From the NCBI RefSeq assembly GCF_009914755.1, contig NC_060931.1: a stretch of 64,000 nt of DNA, one strand, 5' to 3'. Made by a program: the position numbers and the translations under genes. The first letter of the stretch is position 1, and the number at the start of each line of letters is the position of its first letter. Positions 34,401 through 49,538 of the stretch are shown piece after piece. Below the pieces are notes generated by a model that saw nothing but the letters and a program-made list of their open reading frames with translations, ran no database searches and was not told the origin of the DNA. The DNA comes from the human T2T-CHM13v2.0 reference genome, Homo sapiens.

Positions 34401-34645
34401 TTGTGAGATTTTGGTGCACCCATCACCCAAGCTGTATACACTGCATCCACTTTATAGTCTTTTATTCCTCACCCACTTCCCACCCAATAATAACTTCTCT
34501 ATATTAGTTCATTAACAGTAAACAAATGCACAACACTGATGCGAGATGTTAATAATAGAGGAGAAGCTGGGTGGGGGAGAGAATACATGGAAACTCTGTA
34601 CTTTCCACTCAATGTTTATGTAATTTTAATACTTATCTAAAAAAC
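31480..34645 (+). mobile_element. Old L1 (L1MC-like) ORF2 and 3'UTR, with nested Alu monomer (~31879-32013) and antisense L1PB 3' fragment (~34325-34485)
   Basis: Decayed ORF2 motifs (tcatttgacaaaatc, ttcacagatgatataattg). L1MC-type 3'UTR gaaaagacatgaagaaccttaaatgc...gaagccagtctgaaaaggctacatact. Confidence 0.85.
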
Positions 34646-34971
34646 AAAATATATTAAGTATCCCAATGAGGACTATCAAATGTAGAACAGAATTAAAAAT
34701 TATACTATGTTTACATAATTGAATATAGTATCATGTAGCAATTAAAATAAATAAATTCAGATGTTAAATGTCATCTCCATTACGGTAATCACAAAGAAAA
34801 GCTACAGAATATACACAAAGAAAAATAAAGGTTAAAATGTTTCACTAAAAGAAACCAAACAAACACAAAAGAAGAAAGTAATGTAGAAAATATCAAGTAA
34901 AAAGCTGTAAGGTATACCAAACACAAATAGCAAAGTGGTAGAAGTCAACAGAAAAGAAAAAGAAAAAGAAA

Positions 34972-35270
<299 letters not shown>

Positions 35271-37123
35271 GAGAGATCAGTTTTAATCCCATTCCATGAT
35301 GCCAGCACTACCCTATACCAAAGCCAGACAAAGATACTACAGAAAACTACAGATTATTTGTTCCTAAAGAAACGCTGATGCAAAATTCCTCAGCAAAATT
35401 ATAGCAAACAAAATTCAGCAGCATATTAGAAAGATTATACACTAGGACCAAGTGGGGTTTATTCTTGGAATGCAAGCCTGTTTTGGCATATGAATGTTTT
35501 TAACATACAAAAATTGGTCAACACATACACATTAAAAAAAGAAAGGAAAAAATGATCACCTTCTGGATACAGAAAAAAAGGATTTTGTAAAATTCAAAAT
35601 TTTTTCATGGTGAAAACACTCAACAAATTAGGATAAAAAAAAACACTATCATCGTGAAATCCACATATTAAAAACCAACAGCAAACAATGTCCTTCAGGG
35701 TAAAAGACCTAATGCAATTAAACAAGAAAATGTAATAAATAAATGTTATAGAGATTGAGATTAATAAAAAAAGACAGAAAGCTTTTCCTCTAAGCTCAGG
35801 AACAAGGCAAATGTGCCTTCTTTTGCCATTTCTATTCTCCATAGTATTAAAAGTTCTAGTTAGAGCAATTAAGAATTAAAAAGAAATAAACCGCATCCAA
35901 ATTGGAATGGTAGAGGTAAAATTAACCCTGCTTACTGATAATATAATTTTATGCGGAAAACTCTAGAGATTTAACGCATTCACACAAAACATATTACAAC
36001 TAATAAATTCAGCAGAGTAGCAGCATACAAAATCGACATACAAAAATCGCTTGTGTTTCTACACAGTAATAATGAATAATCTGAAAAAGAAACTAAGCAA
36101 ACAATCCCACTTACAATAGCATCCAAAAGAATAAAATCCTTAGAAGTAACCAAGAAGGTAAAAATCCCAAAGACTCTTTTGCAGTAATAGAGAAATCCTG
36201 CCTAAATTTCATATGGAATCTCAAGGGACCCTGAATAGTCAAAACAATCTTGAAAAAGAAGAGCGCTGTTAAAAAATTCATACTTACTCATTTCAAAACC
36301 TACTACAGAGTTCCAGAATAGTGTGGTACTGGCATAGAGACACACATATGGACAAACAGAATAGCAAACAGCTTATAAATAACCCCTCATTTATATGGTC
36401 AAATGATATTTGATGGGGATGTAAAGATCATTGAATGGGAAAGGACTGTCTTTACAACAATTGGTGCTGGGGAAGTTGGATATCCATACATGCAAAATTA
36501 TGCATTTGGTTCTTTACCCTACACCATAAACAAATAAAAATGGATCAAAGACCTAAATGTAAGAGCTTAAACTACAAAATTTTTGAAGAAAATACAGGTA
36601 GAAAACATCTTGACATTGTGTTTGGCAATGATTTCTAGGATAGGACACCCAAAGCACAAGCAACAAGAGAAAAATAAAGACAAATTGGACTTTATGAAAA
36701 TAAAATAAAACTTTTACACATTAAAGGATATTATCAACAATATTGCAAAGCAATGCACAGCATGGGAAAATATTTGCACATCATACATCTGATAAGAGAT
36801 TAATATCTGGAATATATAAAGAACTGCTATAACTAAACAACAACAAAAAAAAACTACCTCATTCAAAAATGGGCAAAGGACTTGAACAGACATTTCTTAA
36901 AGATGGTGTAAAATGGCCAAAAAGCATATGAAAATATACTCGAGAGAACTAATTATTAGCAAAATGCAAATCAAGCCTACAATGAGCTATCTCTTCACAT
37001 CCATTAGGTTAGCCACTATCAAAAAACAGAAAATAACAGTGTTGATGAGGATGTGGAGTGATTAGAAACCTAGTAAGCTATTGGTGGGCAAGTACAATGT
37101 CGCACCTGCCATGAGAATCACCA

Positions 37124-37425
37124 AGCGCAGTGGCTTACATCTGTAATCCCAGCACTTTGGGAGACCGAGGTGGGTGGATCACGAGTTCAGGAGTTTGAGA
37201 CCAGCCTGGCCAACATGGTGAAACCCCGTCTCTAATAAAAATACAAAAAAATTAGCCAGGCATGGTGGTGCACGCCTGTAATCCCAGCTACTCAGGAGGT
37301 TGAGGCAGAAGAATCACTTGAACACAGGAGGCGGAGGTTGCAGTGAGCTGAGATCACACCACTGCACTCCAGCCTGAGCAACAGAGCAAGACTCCATCTC
37401 AGAAAAACAAACAAACAAACAAATA
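37124..37425 (+). mobile_element. Alu (AluSg-like)
   Basis: Dimer nested in L1MB, with (CAAA)n tail. Confidence 0.93.
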
Positions 37426-38159
37426 CAATTACACTTATAATTACCTTATAATCCAGCAATCTTGCTTCTGGGATATACTCAAAAAGATATGAAAGCAGGC
37501 ACACAAAGAGATATACATACACCTAGGTTCCTAGCAGCATTATTCACAATAGCTAAAAGGTGAAACAATCAAAGCTTTCCTTGAATCATCAACATCAATA
37601 AATACGTAGGTAAACAAAATGTGTTTTTACATGCAGTGGAATATTATTCACTTAGCAAAAGTAAGAAAATTCTGATACATGCTACAACATAGATAAACCT
37701 TAAGGACATTGTGCTAAGTACAATAAACCAGTCACAAAATGACAAACACTGTATGATTCCACTCACGTGAGGTATTTAGGGTAATTAAATTCATAGAAAC
37801 ACAAAGTAGAAGAGTGGTTCCTATGGGCTAGAGGGAGGGTAACTGGGAGCTGTTGCTTAATCAGCACAGAGACTCAGTTTTGCAAGATAAAAAATGTTCC
37901 CTATAGATGGGGATGGTGGTTGCAAAACAATGTGAATGTATTTAATTCCTGCACACTTCACACTTAAAAATGGTTAAAGTGGTTAATTTTATGTATATTT
38001 TACCACAGTGTAAACAATGCTTTTTAAAGTGTACAAATTATAGCAATCTGCAACAGCAAAGATGAATATCACAAACATAATGACATGTAAAAGAAAGTAG
38101 GTGTAAAAGTATCCATACTATATTATTTCATTTATATAAAATCCAGTAAGCAAACAAAA

Positions 38160-38975
38160 CTAAGGTTCTGGCTTCCAGTAATACTGGAGTATTGTTGAAC
38201 TAACACTCTCACATGTAACTGTGATAAAATCTGCATAGTATATACAGTTACATAGAATCACACATCTATATAAAATACATATATGTGCATAAGAACTGAA
38301 TGAGGATTTCAGCTGTGCCCACTGCAGGAGAGACAGGTATTGCAGTTTGAATCCAGCCAAATTAACCCCTTCTTCAAATAATAACAATGCTCTTCAAAAG
38401 AATACAGCAGAATTTAGAGTCTCTATAACCACCAGAACTCATAGAACACATTAAAATTCATGAAATGTGTGAAGAAAGATGAAAATGTAATGTATACACA
38501 AGATAAAAAGCAACATGATGTAATCAGATCAGCAGACAAGGATTTAAAATCAGCTCTTATGAGTATGTTCATGAGAGTAAAGGAAAATATTCTCATAATG
38601 AATTAACTGATGTGGAACCTCAGCAGAGAAATGAAAATTATAAGAAGAACCAAATAGAAAAATAATGAAATGGAAAACACGCACACACACACACGCACAC
38701 ACACCCTTGAGCTTATCCACAGAGTAGAAACAGAAGACAGCAATAGAAATCATCCAACATGAAACATGTTTGAAGAAAATGAACAGAGCCTTTAGAGACT
38801 TGTGGAGTGACTGAGTCTGAGAAGAAGAGGAAGACACAGAAAAATTAAATATGGTACAAAAGTAAAGAAACTACTAATAGCAGAAAACTTACAAGATGTG
38901 GTCAAAAACCCCAATTTTTATATCCAAAAGGTGAACACACCCCAAAAAGAAAATACACCTAAAACCATACCCAGG
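38160..38975 (+). mobile_element. Ancient L1M 5'/ORF1-region fragment
   Basis: A-rich sequence with cagacaaggatttaaaatcagctc...gaaaatgaacagagcctttagagacttgtgg, typical of old L1 ORF1. Confidence 0.6.
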
Positions 38976-39154
38976 ACATGTTGTGATTTAGGAAACTGCC
39001 AGGGCAGCATTTTCAGGTAACTTGCTATGATTTCTCATTTGTAATATTTATAATAATGGAAAATATGTTCTCCTTAGAGTTTTCTTCTGAAGAAAGTCTG
39101 ATAGTTCAGGCGTAGATGACTTTCCAGTCTAGTTTTCGAGGTTTAATTTCTCAC

Positions 39155-39319
39155 CTTGAAAATCAATTAAATGTGTTTCTTCAAAATCTTGCAGTAAAAT
39201 TGATGCTCCAGAAAGATGTCCACGGAGATTCTGCTCTTGTGCATCCGCCCTGCACAGATCTGAGGCTGGGCCTATGACAGCTTCAGGAGCATGTAGCCGT
39301 GGAGTACTTAAGAGTTAAT
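39155..39319 (-). other. Candidate non-coding exon
   Basis: Minus strand: polypyrimidine tract ttcatttttccttttagtttttcag| at 39320 and donor caag|gtgaga at 39154. 165 nt of non-repeat sequence downstream of the CpG island on the minus strand. Confidence 0.4.
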
Positions 39320-39949
39320 CTGAAAAACTAAAAGGAAAAATGAATTAAGGGAATTACCACGGTTAAGTTCCACCAGCAAATTATTAAAAGTGGTCCAAAG
39401 GGATACTTAAAAAGGATTAATAAAAGAGTTTTCTCATTTGTAGAATCCTAGCCCATGACTTAATGTTGAGGTTTGCTTTGTCTTTTACATTAACATGTAC
39501 GCAGAACATTTTTCATGACCTCACCACACAAACTTCCCTCACGTGTTGGGAGGGACCAAGGGGCCCTCTGGTCCTGCACCTGCATTAATTACAGCTGGGA
39601 GGTCCACACTAGGACCCGAAGGCCTGGGAACCAGCCTGGGTGGGGGCAGAGAAGTGGTGGATGTTGCTCCCAAAGCGACTTAGGGGCTCCCTTCCTGGTG
39701 GCTGTTTCCTGACTGGATGCAGCAGGGTCAGGCCTTTTCCCTGTGACATTTTCTTCTTTTTATTACAGCGGCAGGAGCGTCCCTGTGAGGGTCGTGACCC
39801 AGGTGTGGGCCATGCAGCCAACCCGAGGTCCAAGGGGCGTCCTGGGGAGCATAGGTTGATTTGTGACAGCTTGGAGAGATAGAGCTAAATTTAGGTGACC
39901 TTGAAATAGAAGTGTCAGGTTACCAGGGACTAGGTGTTTTCACGTCAGG

Positions 39950-41700
<1,751 letters not shown>

Positions 41701-41749
41701 GGTTTACCCAGGAGATGCAAGAGCAGAGGAGTAACCCTGATTCCCAGGC

Positions 41750-43700
41750 ATGTGTCCTGAGCCAGGGACAGACTGGCCAGACCCTGAGACCCTGGGGCCA
41801 CCAGAGAGCAGCCTACTCCCCTGGGTTCTGTGCCTAGGTTCTGCCCTGGGTTCTGGGTGAGGGGGGGATGACCCACCGGCTGGTGGTCCTGAGAGGGCCA
41901 GCCCATCCCCCTTGGAGAGGGTCTTTGTGCTGATGGATGCCCGCAGAGTCCTGGGCACCAGGGACACTTGCTCCAGGCAAGGGGCCTTCCTGGGGAACGC
42001 CACAGATTTGGCTGAAAGGCAAGCAGACTTGGTCAGCTTTTCCACCCAGCCCATCTGGTTCTTGCAAGGCTGAACCCCAGTGTGAGCGCTACCCTCAGGA
42101 CAGTCGGGATCTGTCCCGCATGTTCCCCACAGCTCCCTCAGGCACATGGGGCAAGATTCTGTGCACCTTGAATACCATGTATGTCCTGGCTGTGAGTATA
42201 TGCTCATCCTCCAGAAGACAGATGTCCCAGAGCCTCAGGATGAGCCCGAAGGGGGTCTGTGGGGACAGCAGACACGAAAGGACCTGGCCCTTCAAGGCTG
42301 GAAGCCAGTGTCCTACTGGGAGCTCAGTCTGTAGTGCCAGGGACCCCTCTGCATAGAGTGAGACTCCCCACACACACATGAGGCTGGATTAGACAAGATC
42401 CTTCAGCTCCTCATAGGGTTGGACTCATCTCAGCAGAATATGGCCTCTGGAAGAAGGGGTCCCCTAAGAATTTGGGGCTTTCCTGGGCTCTTGCAAGATA
42501 AGTCTTGGCCCAGTCTGCCCACAATCCTGGCCCTGAGCCTCAGCCTCTGCCATGGGACACCACCTCTCAGGCAGGGCATGGTTGGTGTGTTCTGCAGGGA
42601 CCTGCCTGTGCCTCCTGCTGGAAGGAGCTGAGTTTTTCTGTGGGAGCCAGAACCTTGGGCCAGGGAAGCCAGGCAGTGTCAGGCAGCAGGATCCCTGGCC
42701 TGGGATCTCCCTCTGCATCCTTGTCCCATCAGTCAAGCACTGTGAGCAGTGCTTTAAGGTAGAAATCTGGGTGCAGTGTCTTCTTGTCCTCATGGAAGGA
42801 GCAGAGGTGTTCAGAGCCCCCTGGGCTCTCCTGAAAAACTCCCTATTTCAGGCCTCACTGCAGACCCTTCCCAAAGTTAGAACTCCAGGAAATGTCCTGG
42901 GCTGTCACTCTCTTCTTTAAGACCCCTACCTTTGCCCTGATGTCTCCCCATTGCCCCTCAGATGCCTCCATCCTTCTAGATTCCCCACTTCCTCTAGGAC
43001 CCTCTGTTCCCCAAAGGCCTTACTTGATGCTGTAGCACTCCCAGAATATGAAATGGCTTCTCAAAATGTGGTTCATGTCCAGGTCAGTCTAGTTCATTTT
43101 CCCCGAGGACATCTTTCTCTGCAAGATTTTCTTTTTCATTTTCTGAAGGGCAGGACCAAGAGAAGGAACCAGCTTTGGAACAGACACAAGACTCACTGCC
43201 ACAAAGAGCAATGTGTAACAGTCGGTGCTGGTGGAAAGAAAAGAGGCTTTTTCTCTGCAGAAATTTTTTTTTCTTTTGCTTGTATCTGAAACCAGGGAAG
43301 GTCACCAGAGTTCAGTTCACCTGTGGTGACCATGTTACTCTCTGTGCCCAGGATGTGCTACTGGCCCCCTAACCCTCAGCCTCCAGGTGGTGTCCTTGTG
43401 GTCAGTGGGCAGTGACCCCTGAGCCACTATCATGAATCTTGGTGGTGGCTTTGGTAAAACGACTGCAGGACAGGGTTTGGGGCCATTCAGCAGGAATTGT
43501 GGCCGCTTCCATTGAGGGCATGTCGCCCCCACTCACCACCATTAATGCCCACAGGCCACACACACTGCATCACTGACCACCCATCAGGTCACCCATGGAT
43601 GGACCAGCCTTCCATGCAGCAGGGACAGGCTCTTACCTTTGCCTCTAGGGCACTGAGAGGCGCAGCTCTGTCTCACTGGAAGGCAGTGAGGAGAGCTGAG
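41750..43700 (-). pseudogene. Unprocessed TBC1D3/USP6-N-terminal (TBC1D26/28/29-related) RabGAP-domain pseudogene fragment
   Basis: Exon remnants with splice sites: 43675-43637 cag|TGAGACAGAGCTG...GAGGCAAAG|gtaag (ETEL..ALEAK); 43142-43024 cag|KMKKK...*TDLDMNHILRSHFIFWECYSIK|gt; ~42790-42727 CTQISTLKHCSQCLTDG; 42256-42155 cag|TPFGLILRLWDICLLEDEHILTA..FKVH; ~41990-41755 EQVS..R..AS...KTLSKGD..A..GPPA and GSQGLASLSLAQ (compare TBC1D3 KTLCKGDRQAPPGPPA and GTQGVPSPALAQ). Confidence 0.85.
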
Positions 43701-45459
43701 GACCTGCACCAGGCTGGGGGCCGTCCTCCTTCCCAAGCAGGCCCCAGGGGAGGACCAGCTCCACCTCCAGCCACCCCAGGTCTCAGCCTCCCTGTTGGCT
43801 GATACACAGAAAAGGCTGGGAAACGGGAGCAGAGGAAGCACAGAGCTGGGCATATGCTGCTTGAGATTCATGGGACTTCCGGCTACACAGTGGAGCTGCC
43901 CCTCCTGGGCTGGAGGCAGCATCCTCTTTGGGAACTGAGAAACTCCAATCTTGAGATGGGCCAGTGCTGGCCAGGGGTGTGTGCCTGGACAGAAGTGATG
44001 ACATTGCCAGGCTGTGGTGCAAGGATCTTGGCCTGAAAACTGCTCCGTGCACTGAGGATGCATCTGGAGCCTGTCCTGCCTGATGGCCCCACAGCCATTG
44101 CAGGGTCTGACCATATAGCATCCACCTGCCTCTCACTGAACACGAGCCACTGACTCTTCCTGCTTCCTCACTTTCCCAGCCTGTCTAACCCAAAGACCAG
44201 GACTGTCTTTTCAGCCACTCTGGCTCTTCTTTTATCCTTACGCTGTCAAAACCTCTAAGCAAGAACACCCAGATCCACATACCTGCCTTGTCCACTCTTT
44301 AACTGGGCTGCTCAGCACTGCTTGGGGGCACCAGGGGCCATGAGGGTGACTGAGGGTTTCACAGGCACCTGGGATGGTCCTGTACCCAGTCCCCAGCCTC
44401 AGGTGGTGCTTGGGGCTTTCAGTCAGCAGCCTCCTCCCTTTCACTGCAGCAGCCCTGGCACAGGGCACCTGGCTGTCCTCCCATTTTTCTCTGACTCAGC
44501 CTCGCCCATCTGTCCTCTGATCATGGTGTTGACCAAGTCAGCAGGGAGCTGAGTCTCCAGAGAGTGCTTTGGGGACTGACCGAAGCCTCTCTGCTGAGGG
44601 GTCCCAGGTGAGTCGCTGCCCCGACCCCACCCCATTTACTGTCGTCCCCAGATCCATCCACTCCACCCCAGGCTGGCTCCATCCAGATGCATCCCAAAGT
44701 CATCAGTTCCTTTGGGTCACCCCCACCCCAACTTTCCCAATGACCTCTGCAGGCACAGACTCCATACTGGGTTTTTCCCACCAGATTTCAGATCCCCTCT
44801 CAGCATGAGACGCTTGGTCAGGTTACCTTAGCAGCAAGCTCTGCTGCCTCTTTGCTTTCTCTCTGAGATGCCCATGCCAGGGCCCTGACCATCTTCTCCT
44901 CCCAGGGCCACAGCTTTTCCTGCCCCTGTACCCTTGTACCCTTCCCTGTGGGGTGGCAGAACTGGTCTCCTTTAGCCCTCAGAGACCTGCTGGACAACTG
45001 CCCACAGGCCATGCCAAGCATCCCCCCACCCTGTGGCCACACCCTGCAAATTTCCAGGGCTGGCTCCAAGGAACAGGGCTGGACCCTCAGGCTGGCCCCC
45101 TCCTCCTTTGTTGACTTAGAGACTGCACTGCTGAGAACCCAGGGGGTTGGTCCAGCCATATCTCTATTCCCACCGTTTCTCTGGGTTCCCACAATGGGCC
45201 ACTCAACACTGGCCTAACACTGACACCATGGGCTGGACCTGCAGGGCATCTAGGGGAGGAGTGCTGATACTGGGAAAGGGGTGGGTCATAGCCATGGAGA
45301 CATGGGCTTCCTCAGAGAGACCCTTCTAATAACAAAACCTATCCCCGAGTTGAGATTGCTGGGTTGGGGGCGTGGGAGGCAGAAGACACTGAAGAATTTG
45401 AAGCTGATGACTTTCCAGATCAAAAATCTTCCTGCCCCATGTCCACTGGCATCCCGGCC

Positions 45460-45648
45460 TGGCCAACCTCCGCCTCCTGGGTTCAAGTGATTCTCCTGCC
45501 TCAGCCTCCTGAGTAGCTGAGATTACAGGCGCCCGCCACCATGCCCAGCTAATTTTTGTATTTTTAGTAGAGATGAGGTTTCAACATGTTGGCCAGGCTG
45601 GTCTTGAACTCCTGACCTCAGGTGATCCACCCTCCTTGGCCTCCCAAA
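45460..45648 (-). mobile_element. Alu internal fragment (truncated at both ends)
   Basis: caacctccgcctcctgggttcaag...ttggcctcccaaa, with no tail or head. Confidence 0.9.
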
Positions 45649-48600
45649 TCTAGTAAATGTCACATAATTTATAAGGCAATATAAGAGAATATTTCTTATA
45701 TTAACTGACTGTCAAAAGCAACTGTGTAATACTGTTTGTATCTTCATGGCTATCAGATATATAAATTTAATGTATTTGCCAATAACAGCACAGAGGTGAG
45801 TGCAGGAAAAGTACCTCAGCACTCACACTGCCACACTGCTCACACTGTCCACAGGACCTTCTGCTTTAGCCCAGAGGGAGGGTCAAACCAAGCCAGGCCT
45901 GGTGGGCTGGACGGGGCACCACGAGTCCTCTTGGAAACTGAACCCACCCCTGACACAACTCAGATTAAAGACAGGAGTGTGGTGAGCTCTTCCCTGCCTG
46001 GGCCTCCCCGATCCGTGGCCTCCTGTGCAGAACTGGACTCCAGGGGTGTCCAGAAAGGACCCAGCACTGCCCAGTGCAAGGTGCCCAGGACAGAAACAGA
46101 CCCCTCCAAGGAGACCCCTCCTGGCCTGATGCCCAGCCCCAAACCTAGACCCTCTCCTGAAGGGAGACATGAGAAACATATTTATCAGAAACTGGAATAA
46201 AAACATACACTAAAAGCCCAGGAAGCTTTTGTGAATTCCTAGCATCTCTACACCACACTGATTAGTGACAGTTTATTCCTGCAGTACACCTGTCTATAAC
46301 AGTGAATAAAGTGCTTGGGTTTTTTTTTGTCTGCAAATTCTTAACTCTCATAAAACGATTATAAGGCATATAAAACAGGAAAATGTGGCTGAATAGAAAC
46401 AAAATAAGCCTTCAGAAAACAAGCTCAAAGACAAACAGATTTATGTCTCGCTTTATGAATAATTTAAAACAACTGTGTAGTCCCAGGTACTTGGAAGGCT
46501 GGGGTGGAAGGATCACTTGGGACCAAGAATTCAATGCTGCAATTACCTGTGATCTTGCTGCTGCACTTTATCCTAGATGACAGAGAGACATTCTGTCTCA
46601 AAAATAAAAAAGAGAATACTGTACCCACCAAAGCTAGCCTTCAAACACAAAAAATAAAGACTTTCCCAGGCAAATGAAAGCTGAAGGAATTTCTTGACAC
46701 CAGATGTGTCTTACAGAAAATGCTAAGGACAATTCTTTAAAAGGAATGGACACTGACATGTAAGAAAGAAACACCTAAAGTTATAAAACTCACAGGTAGA
46801 AGTATTAATAGGAATACAGAAAAACTCTGAATAATACCATAATTGTGGTAGGTAAACTGCTTATATTATAAATATGGACATAATACAAAAGTTCTAGCCA
46901 CAAGAATTATGACAATTGGATAAGAGATAGGTAATATAAGAAGATGTAATTTAAAATATCAAAAAGTAAGAGTGTCAGGGGGATGGTGTTAAAGTGTAGA
47001 GTGTTTTATATTACTTTTATCTGTAATTAAAGTTAAGTTGTTATTAGTTTAGAACATGTTATAACCATAGAAGTTTTTGTTAAGCAGTCATTATGTTATC
47101 TGCAAAACAAAAATCTATAATAGATACATTAAAAGACATAGGATAAAATCATAACACGCTACTAGAGAAAATCACTTAACCACAAAGGAAGACAGTAAGA
47201 GAGGAAGAAAGAAAAAAAGATTTACAAAACAACCAGAAAAGAAGTAATAAAATGGTAGTAGAAAACAATTACCTATAAATAATAACCTTGAATGTAAATG
47301 GATTACACTATTCAAGTAAACAAACGAAGCATGGCTGAATGGATTTTAAAAAGACCAAATATATGCTGTCTACAAAAATGTCAATCTACAAAAACCCATA
47401 GACTTAAAGTAAAGTGATGGAAAAGGGTATACCATGAAGTGAAAACCCAGAAAGAGCAAGAGTTATATTAAATAAAATTGACTTTAAATCAGAATGGTAA
47501 AATGCCATTATAAAATAATAAAGAGGTCAATACTACAAGAGTTTGTAACAATTGTAAATAAATATGTACTAAACACGGAGGCATCAAAGTATCTAAATAA
47601 ATATTAATAGGCTTACAGGGAGAAATTAACTATAATACAATAATAATAGGAAACGTCAACACAAAAATAGAGTTAAACTGCACTCTATGCCAAATGTACC
47701 TAAGGGACATTTACTGAGCATTTCCTCCAGCATCAGCAAAATATAAAATTTTCTGGCAGGACATGGGATATTCTTTAGGATAGACCATATGTTAAGTCAC
47801 AATAAAGGTCTTAATAAATTTATAAAGATTGAAATTTTATTAACTATATTTTCTGACCAAAATGTAAGAAAACTAAAAATGAATAATAGAAGGGGTGGTG
47901 AAATCTACACAAATTTATAGAAATTAAATGACATGCTCTAGAACAATGAGTAGGTAAGTGAAAAAATTGAAAAGTGGTAAGTTTCTTGAGACAAATGAAA
48001 ATGAAAATAACACATATCAAAAAAATTCGAGATACAGCAAAAGCAATTATAAAAGAAAAGCTTATAACAATAAACACCTACATGAAAAAGAAGAGATATT
48101 TCAAATAAACAACCTAATATTACATCTCAAAGAACCAGCAAAACAAGAAGAAACAAATGTTGAAAAGTAGAAGGGAAGAAATAACAAAAATCAAAGTAAA
48201 AATAAATAAAAAAGAGAATTAAAAATAGAAAATATGAATGATGAAGTTGGTTTTTTGAAATAATAAACTCAACACTTCCTAGTAGACTAAGAAAGTAACA
48301 GAGAAGAGTCAAATAAATAAAAGTAGAAATAAAAAGGGAGAAATCACAACTGCTACCACAGACATAGAAAGGATCACAAGAGACTATTAAGATCAACTGT
48401 ATGTCAATAAAATGAAAAACGGAAAAAAATAGATAAATCTGTCTATCTACCAAGATGCATCTACATGCAACCTACCAAGATTAAATCATGAAAAAAATAG
48501 CAAATATAAAAAGACAAATAATTAGTAACAAGGTCAAACTGGAAATACTCTCCTCTCAAAGAAAAGCCCAGGGACTAAAGGCTTTACTGTTAAAGTCTGA

Positions 48601-49498
48601 AAATATTTAAAGAAGAATTAATACCAATACTTCTCAAATCTCTACAAAATATGAAAGAGGAGGAAATTACTGCAAACTCATTCTACAAGGCCAGTATTAC
48701 CATGATACCAAAATCACAACGAAAAGTAAAACGACGGACCAATATCACTCATGAACACAGATGCAAAAATACTTGAAAAAATGTCAGGAATTTGAACTCA
48801 ACAACATTTTAAAAAGATTATTTACCATGAGCAAGAGGAGTTTATCCCAAAGATGCAAAAATGGTTCAATATAGTCATATCAATAAACAAGATTCATCAC
48901 AATATAATCAAAGTAAAAAACTGTATAGTCATTTCAACATATCCAAAAACATGTATTCAGTAAAATTTAGCATCATTCATAAACAGTTCTGTAGATAAAA
49001 ACTGTCTACAATTTAGATATTGGGGGAACATACCTCCACAAAATAAAAAGCCACATATGAAAAACCAATAGCTAACATCATACTAAATGGGGGAAAATTA
49101 AAAGCCCTTCCCCAAGATATGTAACAAAGCAAGTAAGCCCACTTCTACCATTTTTTTCCAAGAAAGTACTGGAAGTCCCAGCCAGAGCAACTATGCAAGA
49201 GAAAGAAAAAAGGGACATCTAAATTGGTAAAAAGAAAGTGAAGTTGTTTTTGTTCACTGATGACATGATTATGTATATAGAAAATCTTGATTCCATTAAG
49301 AAACTATTAGAACTAATACATTAACTTAGTAAAGTGGCAGGATACAAAATCAACATACAAAATAAGTATCATTTCTATATGTCAATAACAAAGTATCTGA
49401 AAAAGAAATTAAGAAAGCAATCATATAATTGCTAAAGAATAAAATAAAGTATCTATGAATAAATGTAACCAAGGAGGTGTAAGAGATCTACAATAATT

Positions 49499-49538
49499 AT
49501 TAGGTTGGTGCAAAAGTAATTGCAGTTTTTGCCATTAA
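49499..49538 (+). mobile_element. MADE1 (Hsmar1 MITE), one arm
   Basis: ttaggttggtgcaaaagtaattgcagtttttgccatta is the MADE1 terminal inverted repeat. The complementary arm is missing. Confidence 0.85.

Noticed and set aside
44818-44870. Candidate extra TBC exon ending GCTGCTAAG|gtaacc
   Set aside because: The splice donor is plausible, but the peptide similarity is unconvincing and the true ETEL..EAK exon is at 43637-43675.
45736-46200. 154-aa plus-strand ORF in GC-rich unique sequence
   Set aside because: It starts at a non-ATG codon and has no recognisable homology or exon structure that I can support.
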